NCBI GenBank assembly: GCA_020436025.1
Contig: JAGQYP010000032.1
Span: 1,643 to 33,642 of the forward strand
Length of the DNA: 32,000 nt
DNA from: Crocinitomicaceae bacterium
GTDB taxonomy: Bacteria; Bacteroidota; Bacteroidia; Flavobacteriales_D; Crocinitomicaceae
Direction: 5' to 3'
Shown: one piece after another, positions 24,889-32,000 of the stretch
Position numbering within the stretch: the first letter of the stretch is position 1
Layout: every line of letters begins with the position of its first letter
Translations under genes and position numbers: made by a program
The notes under the pieces: model-generated
What the model saw: the letters and a program-made list of their open reading frames with translations, nothing else
What the model was told of the DNA's origin: nothing
Database searches by the model: none

Positions 24889-24900
24889 ATAATTGTTAAT

Positions 24901-26190
24901 TCAATAAACCCCATTCTTCCTTCCGCCTCTAAACCCTTCCCACAATACTTTTCCTTTTCTTTTTGTAGAATAGCAATAGAGATAACCATCTAAAGAAGCC
25001 ACTAAAATTTCATTGGTTCCATCTCCATCTACGTCTAGTACATAAGGTGTTGCTTCACCTCCTTTTGGGAGAATCAGGTGGTAAGAATCTTCATTTTTAG
25101 ATTCTGGAATAATGAGCATTCGATTGGCTTCATCCAGGGCAATAAACTCCATTCCATCATCACCAGATATATCTGCAATTGCTGAAGAAGACGAAACAAC
25201 ATCCGAAGTATCCGCATATTTATACTTCGAATCTTCTTTTACGAAATGAGATTTTTCATAAATCCCAAAACCTCCATTTCTTCCCCAACTTGTCGCTATT
25301 CCGATATTGTGATCGGAAAGTGAAGGACTTGCAAAACATCCATATCCAAAGCTGTACGACCACAACTTTTCACCTTTCACGTTTAAAAATTTAAGCTCGC
25401 AATAAGCCGAAACCATGCAAATTACCCAACCGATTCTTTCATCCTTATAGGCCACTGGAGAAGCGTGTAAATTGGAACCAAAAGGAACTTGCCAAAGCGG
25501 CTTCCCATTCTTCCCATCAAAAGCAAACAAATAATCCCCATAGTGTTCCATTTTAAATCCGGCAGTTCGATTGGTGTACGGTGTTCCTCTTCCTCCTACG
25601 ATGACATCCTTTACCCCATCTTCATTCAGATCCAGGCAAAGAGGCACATGATTTCCACTAGTTCCAATAGAATCTTGTTTCCAAATCAATCGTCCATCTT
25701 CTGAATCCAGCACGTACACACCAAAATTTTCAACTGTGAAAACGACATCTTCTTTCGAATCCCCGTTTAAATCTGCTAGGGTTGACATGGATTCCACATC
25801 ATTTGGAGTTCTAAATTTCCAAAGTTGTTTGCCAGTGTCTTTATTCAAACAGAAAAAATAATAGTTGTCTGTTCCAAAAAAGACCTTATCCCCTGAAACG
25901 GCTACCCCTGTCACATCGTTATCCCCTAACATTTCCATTTGAAAATGCCACTTTAATTTACCTGTTGTTGCATCCAAAGCATAGATTCCATCCAGTTTAT
26001 CAAGCTCCTGATTGCGATCCTCCCCATTGGAACCAATAAAAAGCACACCTTGATCCAAAACCATATTGGTTCTATAGGTTGTAACTCCAATTTTTTGCTT
26101 CCATTTGAGAGGAAATACTTCTTCTATTTTCTGTTGTGCTGAAGCTAGGAATAAATTACTTAGTCCAAATATCGTTAGTAGCTTTTTCAT
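24901..26190 (-). CDS. Secreted PQQ-like/FG-GAP beta-propeller repeat protein
   Basis: Signal peptide MKKLLTIFGLSNLFLASAQ. Repeated 'G(K/R).(L/I)W' blades (GKLKWHF, GKQLWKF, GRLIWKQ, GKPLWQV, GEKLWSY) and FG-GAP-like Ca-binding loops (DLNGDSKEDVVF, DLNEDGVKDVIV, DVDGDGTNEILV). Confidence 0.75.
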   Translation of the reverse strand: MKKLLTIFGLSNLFLASAQQKIEEVFPLKWKQKIGVTTYRTNMVLDQGVLFIGSNGEDRNQELDKLDGIYALDATTGKLKWHFQMEMLGDNDVTGVAVSGDKVFFGTDNYYFFCLNKDTGKQLWKFRTPNDVESMSTLADLNGDSKEDVVFTVENFGVYVLDSEDGRLIWKQDSIGTSGNHVPLCLDLNEDGVKDVIVGGRGTPYTNRTAGFKMEHYGDYLFAFDGKNGKPLWQVPFGSNLHASPVAYKDERIGWVICMVSAYCELKFLNVKGEKLWSYSFGYGCFASPSLSDHNIGIATSWGRNGGFGIYEKSHFVKEDSKYKYADTSDVVSSSSAIADISGDDGMEFIALDEANRMLIIPESKNEDSYHLILPKGGEATPYVLDVDGDGTNEILVASLDGYLYCYSTKRKGKVLWEGFRGGRKNGVY

Positions 26191-29100
26191 TTTCCCGTTT
26201 TAATTTCTATTTCATTGAAGTCTTTATCCAGATAAACATTTGCGCCGCTAACATAAATCAGCATTTGCTCCTGAATAGTCTTTGGATATGCCGCCTTTCC
26301 TTTTTTGTTGGAATAGCTTTTCCCGGTTTGATGATCAATCAAGGTGATTCCCTTTTTTCTGTAGAACAAAATTGGTTTGCCTTCTAGTTCGAATATGCGT
26401 TCGGGTTGTGATTTTCCAATTTTTAGTTCATCTTTCAAGTTGCTTTTTAAGGCGTACCATTCATCGTCCTTTTTATACATCAGATAATAATCTGAATAGA
26501 CCATGAACATCATTTCTTGCTCAGTTTTCTTTGGTACTAGTTTCTTTTCTTCTACTTCATAATAGGTTCCTAGCTTTCCATTGGTCACAACTACCGCATA
26601 GCTGTCTCCTTCAATGGCATCGGGTTTGGTGTCGAATTCTAAAAGCACATTTTTCTTAAAATCTATAATCTGATGTTTGTTTCCTTTTCGGATCCAAAAT
26701 GCATCGTATAAATCTTTTATGAGTTCATCTCCTTCAAAGTGAATTACAGAACCACCTTCCAAATGAATCTCAATTTCACCTTCTTTTTGAAACAACAAAG
26801 AATACGATTCATCCAAAAACTGAAAATCATCGAATTGAGGACCAGAATCCTTGATTTCTCCTGTTTTATAATTATACAAAACATACCCCCATTTTTTATT
26901 TTGATGATAGATTAAAGGACTTTTAAAGCTCATATATTCTTCGTCCGCTTCGTAGGAGCGCACTCCAAATGGGAGCAACTGTTTTTTCGTTCTAATATCA
27001 TAGACCGTGGTTTCTTTTCCCTTATAGAGTAACATGGGGCCGGTTTCATATCCATATAAATTGAGAAGACCATAATCTATATCAATACGATCATAAATAA
27101 TGGGTACAATTTCCTCTTCAAATAAGTCAATTATTCCCCATTTTCCATCTTTTTTAACCATATAAATATGTTCAAAATGATCCGCATAATTGAGGATTTC
27201 ATCATCTACTTCATTAAGGGCAATGATTTCAGTATAGTTGCCTTGGGTAAGCTTAATTTCTTCCGTTCTTTCTTCCTCGTCCGTCTCAATATAGTTGTAG
27301 CTCATCACATGGTAAAACTTTCCATATTTCTTGATTTCCGGTTCATAATCCCAAGGAGCCAACACTTTATTTTTTATAGGATCTATAAGGGATTTCTCTG
27401 ATATTAAAATGGGGCGCTCCAAGGCAAAAGAAAATGATCCTTCCTTAGATAAATTCCCTTTATAATTGGGTTCAACCACCAAATGGTTATCCGGGATATA
27501 TGCACCCCATAAATGGTTCTTTCGAAAATTGACTAGGAATTCATTCAAAATAATTTCTTCTGCACCTGAAATCCTTAATTCTTCACAATGCAAAAGAGCC
27601 GATGATGGGTTACCATTTTTACTTCCATCCAAAACGAGTAAAAAATCAGGTTCTTTTCTCCAATATGGATCTCCATAGATTTCGTCTTCTATATCTTTTG
27701 AAATATCCAAAATACGTTGATCCTTATAACTGTCCATATTCAAATTAATTGGTTCGGAACCTAATGTTTGAATAAAATATCCGGGTTCTACCATAGACTG
27801 AAACACGAAGAAATTAAATTCCTGATTTCCTGCTGAAACCTTAACAATTTTGACATCCTTACCTTTTGAAAACACTTCGTTATAAGCTTCATCCAAATAA
27901 ATGTATTCTGATGATTTCAGGATAATTTGAGTAAGAAGAAGACTTTGACCTTGGTCCCAAAAAACAATGTCAGATACAGATTCAACAGGACCATATTCCG
28001 ATTCTTTTAGGAGATTGAAATAAAAGTTCTTCCCCATACGCTCTAACAAAATCGCATTTAAGACAATGTCGCCGTATGGATCGTAGATCAAACTACCCGA
28101 GTCGAAAGGGGCACTTATCTTCTTATAATCTCTGATACTCGTTCCTGAAACTATTTTAATTACATATTTTTTCCCTTTTTCCAGAAGTACGAAATAATTA
28201 TTTTTATTTTCTTCCCAGGTGGGTATATAACTCTTCACATCTTCCAGCTTTGTTTTTAGATCTGAAGCATACAAGTCGTATTCTGTTGGAGAGAATGAAG
28301 TCAGAAATGCATCTAATCCTGAAATGTACTCGATGGATCTGTAAACCGGTTTGAGCATCCATTTTTTCTGCTGAGGCTCCCACAAACCTATTTTGTCTCC
28401 TGAAGAAAGAATGATGTATTTACCAGATTTGGTTTCGACTTCTTTGTATTGTATAACTGACTGCGGTGTGAGTAATTTTAAATCGTAATCATAAACAAAA
28501 TATGATCCTGATTTTTTGGGATCCCGAACCCATACATTTCCATTCGTTTGAGGTAATAATTCGCCTGAAACACCTTTGCTCTCTCCAGATTTTGCAAAAT
28601 ATTCTTTCTTTCCGCCCAAGGATGCAGTGATGAATTTTCTTTTTTTGTAGTCTACATAAACAGGTTCTCCAAATTCATTCATCTCTTGATGCAACACTTG
28701 CGACCATCCATCATGAATGATCAGATTTTCTGTAGAAAGATTTGAATACTTCACTGGCACGATTTCCTTTCCTTCACACCAAAGCCCAAGTTTTCCGTTT
28801 TTAGAAACTTCATACATCCCTTCATAACCATAAAAGTCCTTGATTTTATCGTATTTAGGTTGCTCGACTTTTTGAGTGATTGGATCATACAACCCTTGAA
28901 GGTTATTCTTTGTGATTCGAATCCATTTCAATTCGTTTCGGTAATTCTCTTCAAACTGAATCAGATCATAAAGCGGTTGAAGAACAAATTCTTTCGTATT
29001 GATCAACCCATACTTTCCTCCCTTCATTATTTTAGCAAAACCGTATCGATGCAAACTGCCTTTATCCAGCTCAAAAGGAATAATTGTCTGATTTTGAGTG

Positions 29101-29303
29101 TTGATATACCCCCATTTTCCTTTCTTTTTTACCAGAGCCAATCCATCAGAAAAATCCCAGGCATCATCATATTGAGGTTCGATTACCCATTTACCAGAGG
29201 CATCTTGATATCCAAATTTCCCACTAGATTGTTTTAAAATGAGATCTTGCCCCCAAATTGTACCAACCAACAACACGAAAGCGAATAAAGACATTAACTT
29301 CAT
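26187..29303 (-). CDS. Secreted WG-repeat (KWG-type) protein, about 1038 aa
   Basis: The track start is GTG 29312. I prefer the ATG at 29303 (MKLMSLFAFVLLVGTIWGQD, a signal peptide). WG repeats run along the whole length: GKFGYQDASGKWVIEPQYD, GKWGYINTQNQTIIPFELD, GKYGLINTKEFVLQPLYD, GKLGLW, DKIGLW, DGKWGIIDLFEEEIVPIIYD, NKKWGYV. No T9SS CTD is recognisable. ATGA overlap with the downstream propeller gene. Confidence 0.8.
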   Translation of the reverse strand: MKLMSLFAFVLLVGTIWGQDLILKQSSGKFGYQDASGKWVIEPQYDDAWDFSDGLALVKKKGKWGYINTQNQTIIPFELDKGSLHRYGFAKIMKGGKYGLINTKEFVLQPLYDLIQFEENYRNELKWIRITKNNLQGLYDPITQKVEQPKYDKIKDFYGYEGMYEVSKNGKLGLWCEGKEIVPVKYSNLSTENLIIHDGWSQVLHQEMNEFGEPVYVDYKKRKFITASLGGKKEYFAKSGESKGVSGELLPQTNGNVWVRDPKKSGSYFVYDYDLKLLTPQSVIQYKEVETKSGKYIILSSGDKIGLWEPQQKKWMLKPVYRSIEYISGLDAFLTSFSPTEYDLYASDLKTKLEDVKSYIPTWEENKNNYFVLLEKGKKYVIKIVSGTSIRDYKKISAPFDSGSLIYDPYGDIVLNAILLERMGKNFYFNLLKESEYGPVESVSDIVFWDQGQSLLLTQIILKSSEYIYLDEAYNEVFSKGKDVKIVKVSAGNQEFNFFVFQSMVEPGYFIQTLGSEPINLNMDSYKDQRILDISKDIEDEIYGDPYWRKEPDFLLVLDGSKNGNPSSALLHCEELRISGAEEIILNEFLVNFRKNHLWGAYIPDNHLVVEPNYKGNLSKEGSFSFALERPILISEKSLIDPIKNKVLAPWDYEPEIKKYGKFYHVMSYNYIETDEEERTEEIKLTQGNYTEIIALNEVDDEILNYADHFEHIYMVKKDGKWGIIDLFEEEIVPIIYDRIDIDYGLLNLYGYETGPMLLYKGKETTVYDIRTKKQLLPFGVRSYEADEEYMSFKSPLIYHQNKKWGYVLYNYKTGEIKDSGPQFDDFQFLDESYSLLFQKEGEIEIHLEGGSVIHFEGDELIKDLYDAFWIRKGNKHQIIDFKKNVLLEFDTKPDAIEGDSYAVVVTNGKLGTYYEVEEKKLVPKKTEQEMMFMVYSDYYLMYKKDDEWYALKSNLKDELKIGKSQPERIFELEGKPILFYRKKGITLIDHQTGKSYSNKKGKAAYPKTIQEQMLIYVSGANVYLDKDFNEIEIKTGK

Positions 29304-29384
29304 GAAATACACTATTTTAAGTTCACCTTGAATGTGAATTTAATAGAAAAATTTTGTTTCTCGAATAAAGATTAATTTTGTTGA

Positions 29385-30392
29385 GTGGAAAATCCTAAGA
29401 TCAGTATCATCATGCCTTTTAAAAACACTTCCAAGTACCTGGTTGAGTGTATTCAATCGATATTAGAACAAACTGAAAAAGATTGGGAACTGATTGCAGT
29501 GGATGACCATTCAAAGGATTCTAGCTTTGACATAATGGGGCAGTTTGCCACAAAAGACACTCGAATACAAGTTTATTCCAATTCAGGAAAAGGGATCGTT
29601 GCAGCATTACAATTGGCATATTCCAAATCTAAGGGTCGATTGATTACAAGGATGGACTCAGATGATGTAATGCCGAATCAGAAATTAGAAATTCTATCGA
29701 CCAATCTGCAGCAAAAAGGAAAAGGTCATTTGGCAACAGGACAAGTTCAATATTTTCCAAAAACCAATATGGGAGAAGGCTATCAGAGTTATGAAGATTG
29801 GCTCAATGACTTAACAAAAGAAGGGCGAAATTTCGAAGACCTTTACAAGGAATGCGTAATTCCCTCCCCTTGTTGGATGGTTTTCCGGGAAGATTTTGAC
29901 CTATGCGGAGGCTTTGAACCCAACATTTACCCTGAGGATTACGACCTCACCTTTCGATTTTATCAAGGAGGATTAAAAGTGATTCCTAGTTCCGAACTTT
30001 TGCATTTGTGGAGAGACCACGAATTGCGTACTTCTCGAAATCATGAAAACTATGGATACGAGTCTTTCGTTGAACTTAAAGTTTATCATTTCCTAAATTT
30101 CCATTACAACCCTAAAAGTGAACTGATTCTCTGGGGAGCGGGAAAAATGGGGAAAAACATTGCCGAAATATTGATTCAATCCAAGATTCCCTTTCGGTGG
30201 ATTTGCGACAACCCTTTGAAGATCGGTAAGAAAATTTACAAACAGGAAATGTTGCCCTGGAAAGTGATTGAGGAAATCCCCCATTCACAAAACATGATTT
30301 CCATTGCCAGTCCGGAGGCCCAGTTGAAAATCAGAGAAGTTCTGGAATCGAAAGACTTGGAGTCGATGAAAGATTTCTTCTTCTTTTGCTGA
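29385..30392 (+). CDS. Family-2 glycosyltransferase with an extra C-terminal GxGxxG (Rossmann-like) region
   Basis: The GTG start is kept because it retains the GT2 first strand 'KISIIMPFKN'. 'DWELIAVDDHSKDSS', 'RMDSDD'. C-terminal 'LILWGAGKMGKNIAEIL....IPFRWICDN'. Confidence 0.8.
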   Translation: MENPKISIIMPFKNTSKYLVECIQSILEQTEKDWELIAVDDHSKDSSFDIMGQFATKDTRIQVYSNSGKGIVAALQLAYSKSKGRLITRMDSDDVMPNQKLEILSTNLQQKGKGHLATGQVQYFPKTNMGEGYQSYEDWLNDLTKEGRNFEDLYKECVIPSPCWMVFREDFDLCGGFEPNIYPEDYDLTFRFYQGGLKVIPSSELLHLWRDHELRTSRNHENYGYESFVELKVYHFLNFHYNPKSELILWGAGKMGKNIAEILIQSKIPFRWICDNPLKIGKKIYKQEMLPWKVIEEIPHSQNMISIASPEAQLKIREVLESKDLESMKDFFFFC

Positions 30393-30427
30393 TTTCGTTT
30401 TGGATAATTGGACTTCTAGAATCTGGA

Positions 30428-30901
30428 CTACTGGACTTTTATTGAATTGTATTTTTGTTCAAGTACCTTGAAACGGTAATTGAAAATGCTGCTGAGTTTG
30501 CTTTTGATAACAAGTGTGTTAGCTATTCTTCCTAAAAACCCAAATGGAGGTTGATAACTAATGATGTCTTTCATGACAACTCCTCCATCTTTTTCTTCTA
30601 AAAAATGTTCGTGATGCCACATTTTGTAGGGTCCTATTCTTTGTTCATCTACGAAATAATGTAAGTCTTGAACATGAGTAATTTCTGTAACCCAGGTGGT
30701 TGGAATTCCCAAAAGTGGTTTCACTTTATAACTGATGATCATCCCTTCATACATTTTGTCCGGTAGTGTTTCACTGGTTATATCAAACCCCATGGTATCA
30801 GGTGTTATTTCTTTTAAATTTTTGGGTGAAGAAACAAAGTCCCAAACTTCTTCTATGGAAGCGTTTAGAAATTGTTCTCTTTTGAATTGGTAGAATGCCA
30901 T
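30428..30901 (-). CDS. SRPBCC-superfamily (START/Bet v1-like) ligand-binding protein
   Basis: 157 aa. 'FLNASIEEVWDFVSSPKNLKEITP' plus size and pattern typical of SRPBCC proteins. Confidence 0.65.
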   Translation of the reverse strand: MAFYQFKREQFLNASIEEVWDFVSSPKNLKEITPDTMGFDITSETLPDKMYEGMIISYKVKPLLGIPTTWVTEITHVQDLHYFVDEQRIGPYKMWHHEHFLEEKDGGVVMKDIISYQPPFGFLGRIANTLVIKSKLSSIFNYRFKVLEQKYNSIKVQ

Positions 30902-30908
30902 GGAATTT

Positions 30909-30946
30909 GATTTATGATTTATTGATTTATGATTTATGATTTATGA
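30909..30946. repeat. Tandem GATTTAT(T) heptamer x5
   Basis: gatttat gatttatt gatttat gatttat gatttat gac, immediately upstream (8 nt) of the SRPBCC ATG (30901) as read on the minus strand. Confidence 0.85.
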
Positions 30947-31023
30947 CAAATTGAATTGCTTTACTATGAAACAAGCAAGTGGGAATTTTGTTTTTGAAAA
31001 CGAAATTTGTCTTGGAAAGAGGC

Positions 31024-31359
31024 TTAAATTTCTTCTTTGAAATTCATTCTCAAATTACGCTCTACCTTTAACAGAAGTCCAACGGAAAGAACGATCAACA
31101 TGGCAAGTCCACCTATAACTCCCCAAATTTCAGGAATTACAAATATGAGATCTAATGTGGAGAACAAGCCCATGGTTAAGCCTACCTTCATCATCTCTTT
31201 GGCCGACTTCTTCTGCGCGTAATCCCAAACCTTCTGATTTTTCATTGACTGATTCGTTCGATAGCCATACAAACTATTGATCTTTTTCGGCGGAAATTGA
31301 AACAATAATGCGCCAACAATGAAATAAATGGGTCCTACGATGATCAGTATTAAAAACAT
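31024..31359 (-). CDS. SdpI/YhfL-family small membrane protein
   Basis: 'NSLYGYRTNQSMKNQKVWDYAQKKSAKEM' matches the SdpI-family motif (GYRT..SM.....W..A). There are 3-4 TM segments. The track start at 31374 is TTG; the first ATG is at 31359, and the choice of start is uncertain. Confidence 0.6.
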   Translation of the reverse strand: MFLILIIVGPIYFIVGALLFQFPPKKINSLYGYRTNQSMKNQKVWDYAQKKSAKEMMKVGLTMGLFSTLDLIFVIPEIWGVIGGLAMLIVLSVGLLLKVERNLRMNFKEEI

Positions 31360-31443
31360 AGTACCAAGATACAACTATTCTGATTTTCATCATTCCAGAA
31401 CATGATTTTTCAATTTTCTCATTGCTAATTCAATAATTGTATT

Positions 31444-31468
31444 TACTTTTGACTGACCGTTCAGTCAA
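31444..31468 (+). promoter_or_regulatory. Candidate -7 box TACTTTTG (31444-51) overlapping a perfect 8-4-8 inverted repeat TTGACTGA-ccgt-TCAGTCAA (31449-68), a probable TetR operator
   Basis: The palindrome ends 8 nt before the tetR-family ATG (31477) and lies in the divergent gap facing the SdpI-like gene. Confidence 0.6.
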
Positions 31469-31476
31469 TTAACAAT

Positions 31477-32000
31477 ATGGCACCAAGATCAGATGAACAA
31501 TTTGAGGCCATGCGCCAGCAAACGATCGATAAAATCAATGGATCGGCACTAAAACTATTTTCTGAATTTGGATATAAGAATACCTCAGTTGCCGCGATTG
31601 CAAAAGAGGCTGGTATTTCAAAGGGGCTCATCTACAATTATTACAAATCAAAGGAAGATGTATTAGTCGGGGTTTTGGAAGGTTTTCAAAAAATGGAGGA
31701 AGCTTTTACTGATCTCCCTAAGTTTACTTTGGAAGAAATTCTAACACAATATTATTTAATGCTCGAGCATCAGCAGGGTTTTTTGAAAATGATGATCAGC
31801 ATGAGCCTTGACGTAAAGGAACTCCCTATTGTTCAGAGATTTATTGAGAAAAAAGTGGAGAAAAACATGAAAATGTTTGTACCCTTGTTTGAAGATTTAG
31901 GTTTTGAAGACCCCAAATCAGAAGCATGGTTTTTATCAACCCTCATCGAAGGGATGCTTATTCTGCGCATAGTTGCGAAGCAGCACTACCCCATCGAACT
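31477..32000 (+). CDS. TetR/AcrR-family transcriptional regulator (3' end outside the window)
   Basis: Absent from the ORF track because there is no stop in the window. My translation is MAPRSDEQFEAMRQQTIDKINGSALKLFSEFGYKNTSVAAIAKEAGISKGLIYNYYKSKEDVL..., a canonical TetR HTH, open to the window end. Confidence 0.9.
   Translation, partial: MAPRSDEQFEAMRQQTIDKINGSALKLFSEFGYKNTSVAAIAKEAGISKGLIYNYYKSKEDVLVGVLEGFQKMEEAFTDLPKFTLEEILTQYYLMLEHQQGFLKMMISMSLDVKELPIVQRFIEKKVEKNMKMFVPLFEDLGFEDPKSEAWFLSTLIEGMLILRIVAKQHYPIE

Noticed and set aside
25179-29237. Plus-strand ORFs (70-125 aa) antisense to the propeller and WG-repeat genes
   Set aside because: They are antisense to long, repeat-structured, signal-peptide-bearing ORFs. 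Their peptides are Ile/Phe/Lys-rich noise.
30408-30437. Three (C/T)TGGACT heptamers and a TTCTAGAA palindrome in the 35-bp convergent gap after the GT2 gene
   Set aside because: The feature is too short and loosely spaced to separate from chance, and the last copy lies inside the SRPBCC coding end. I note it only as possibly related to the repeat-at-stop-codon habit.
5153-31374. TTG/GTG start codons proposed by the ORF track at 5153, 10226, 10288, 13979, 20766, 29312 and 31374
   Set aside because: In each case a nearby in-frame ATG gives a cleaner N-terminus (signal peptide or lipobox) or a better spacing to a TAnnTTTG box. The one non-ATG start I kept is the GTG at 29385, because it preserves the first GT2 beta-strand.
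1-32000. Looked for a mobile element, prophage or defence island (integrase, transposase, tRNA attachment site, restriction/abortive-infection/CBASS/retron-like genes, toxin-antitoxin pairs)
   Set aside because: None of the 30 gene products has such motifs. There are no tRNA genes or long direct or inverted terminal repeats, and I see no obvious compositional break by eye. The PhoH-like gene lacks a PIN fusion and sits in its usual housekeeping context next to purC.

Overview
This is an AT-rich, gene-dense chromosomal segment that reads as Bacteroidota, probably Flavobacteriales-like. The taxonomic call is an inference from one type-A and one type-B T9SS C-terminal sorting domain, a PorP/SprF gene, TAnnTTTG '-7' promoter boxes close to start codons, and no Shine-Dalgarno sequences. 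I call 30 protein-coding genes. Two are cut by the window edges and so are missing from the ORF track: 1-727 (-) and 31477-32000 (+). I found no rRNA, tRNA, CRISPR, transposase, integrase, phage or recognisable defence genes. Content: (1) a T9SS cargo cluster, with a PKD adhesin, PorP/SprF and a TPR/PD40 protein on the minus strand and a divergent SBBP-repeat type-A cargo gene; (2) housekeeping genes (queE, maf, purC, phoH-like, pth, UbiA prenyltransferase, ACMSD-like decarboxylase, acyl-CoA thioesterase, fructosamine kinase, GT2, MBL hydrolase); (3) envelope genes of unknown function. I do not see a clear novel multi-gene system and will not claim one. The best candidates for undescribed biology are: (a) a 13-nt tandem array of about 10 units that starts inside the last codons of an ABM gene, followed by three hairpins in the longest non-coding gap, with an orphan unit 4.7 kb away; (b) a family of C-poor GATTTAYGAT word repeats sitting on stop codons and filling intergenic spacers; (c) an atypical LemA-like/TPM pair with a TPR-like N-terminal extension, a CxxC zinc ribbon and a poly-Ser/Gly tail; (d) a secreted 1038-aa WG-repeat protein coupled to a PQQ/FG-GAP beta-propeller; (e) a TetR gene with a perfect operator palindrome facing an SdpI-like membrane protein gene. 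Several ORF-track starts (TTG/GTG) were moved to downstream ATGs that give canonical signal peptides.
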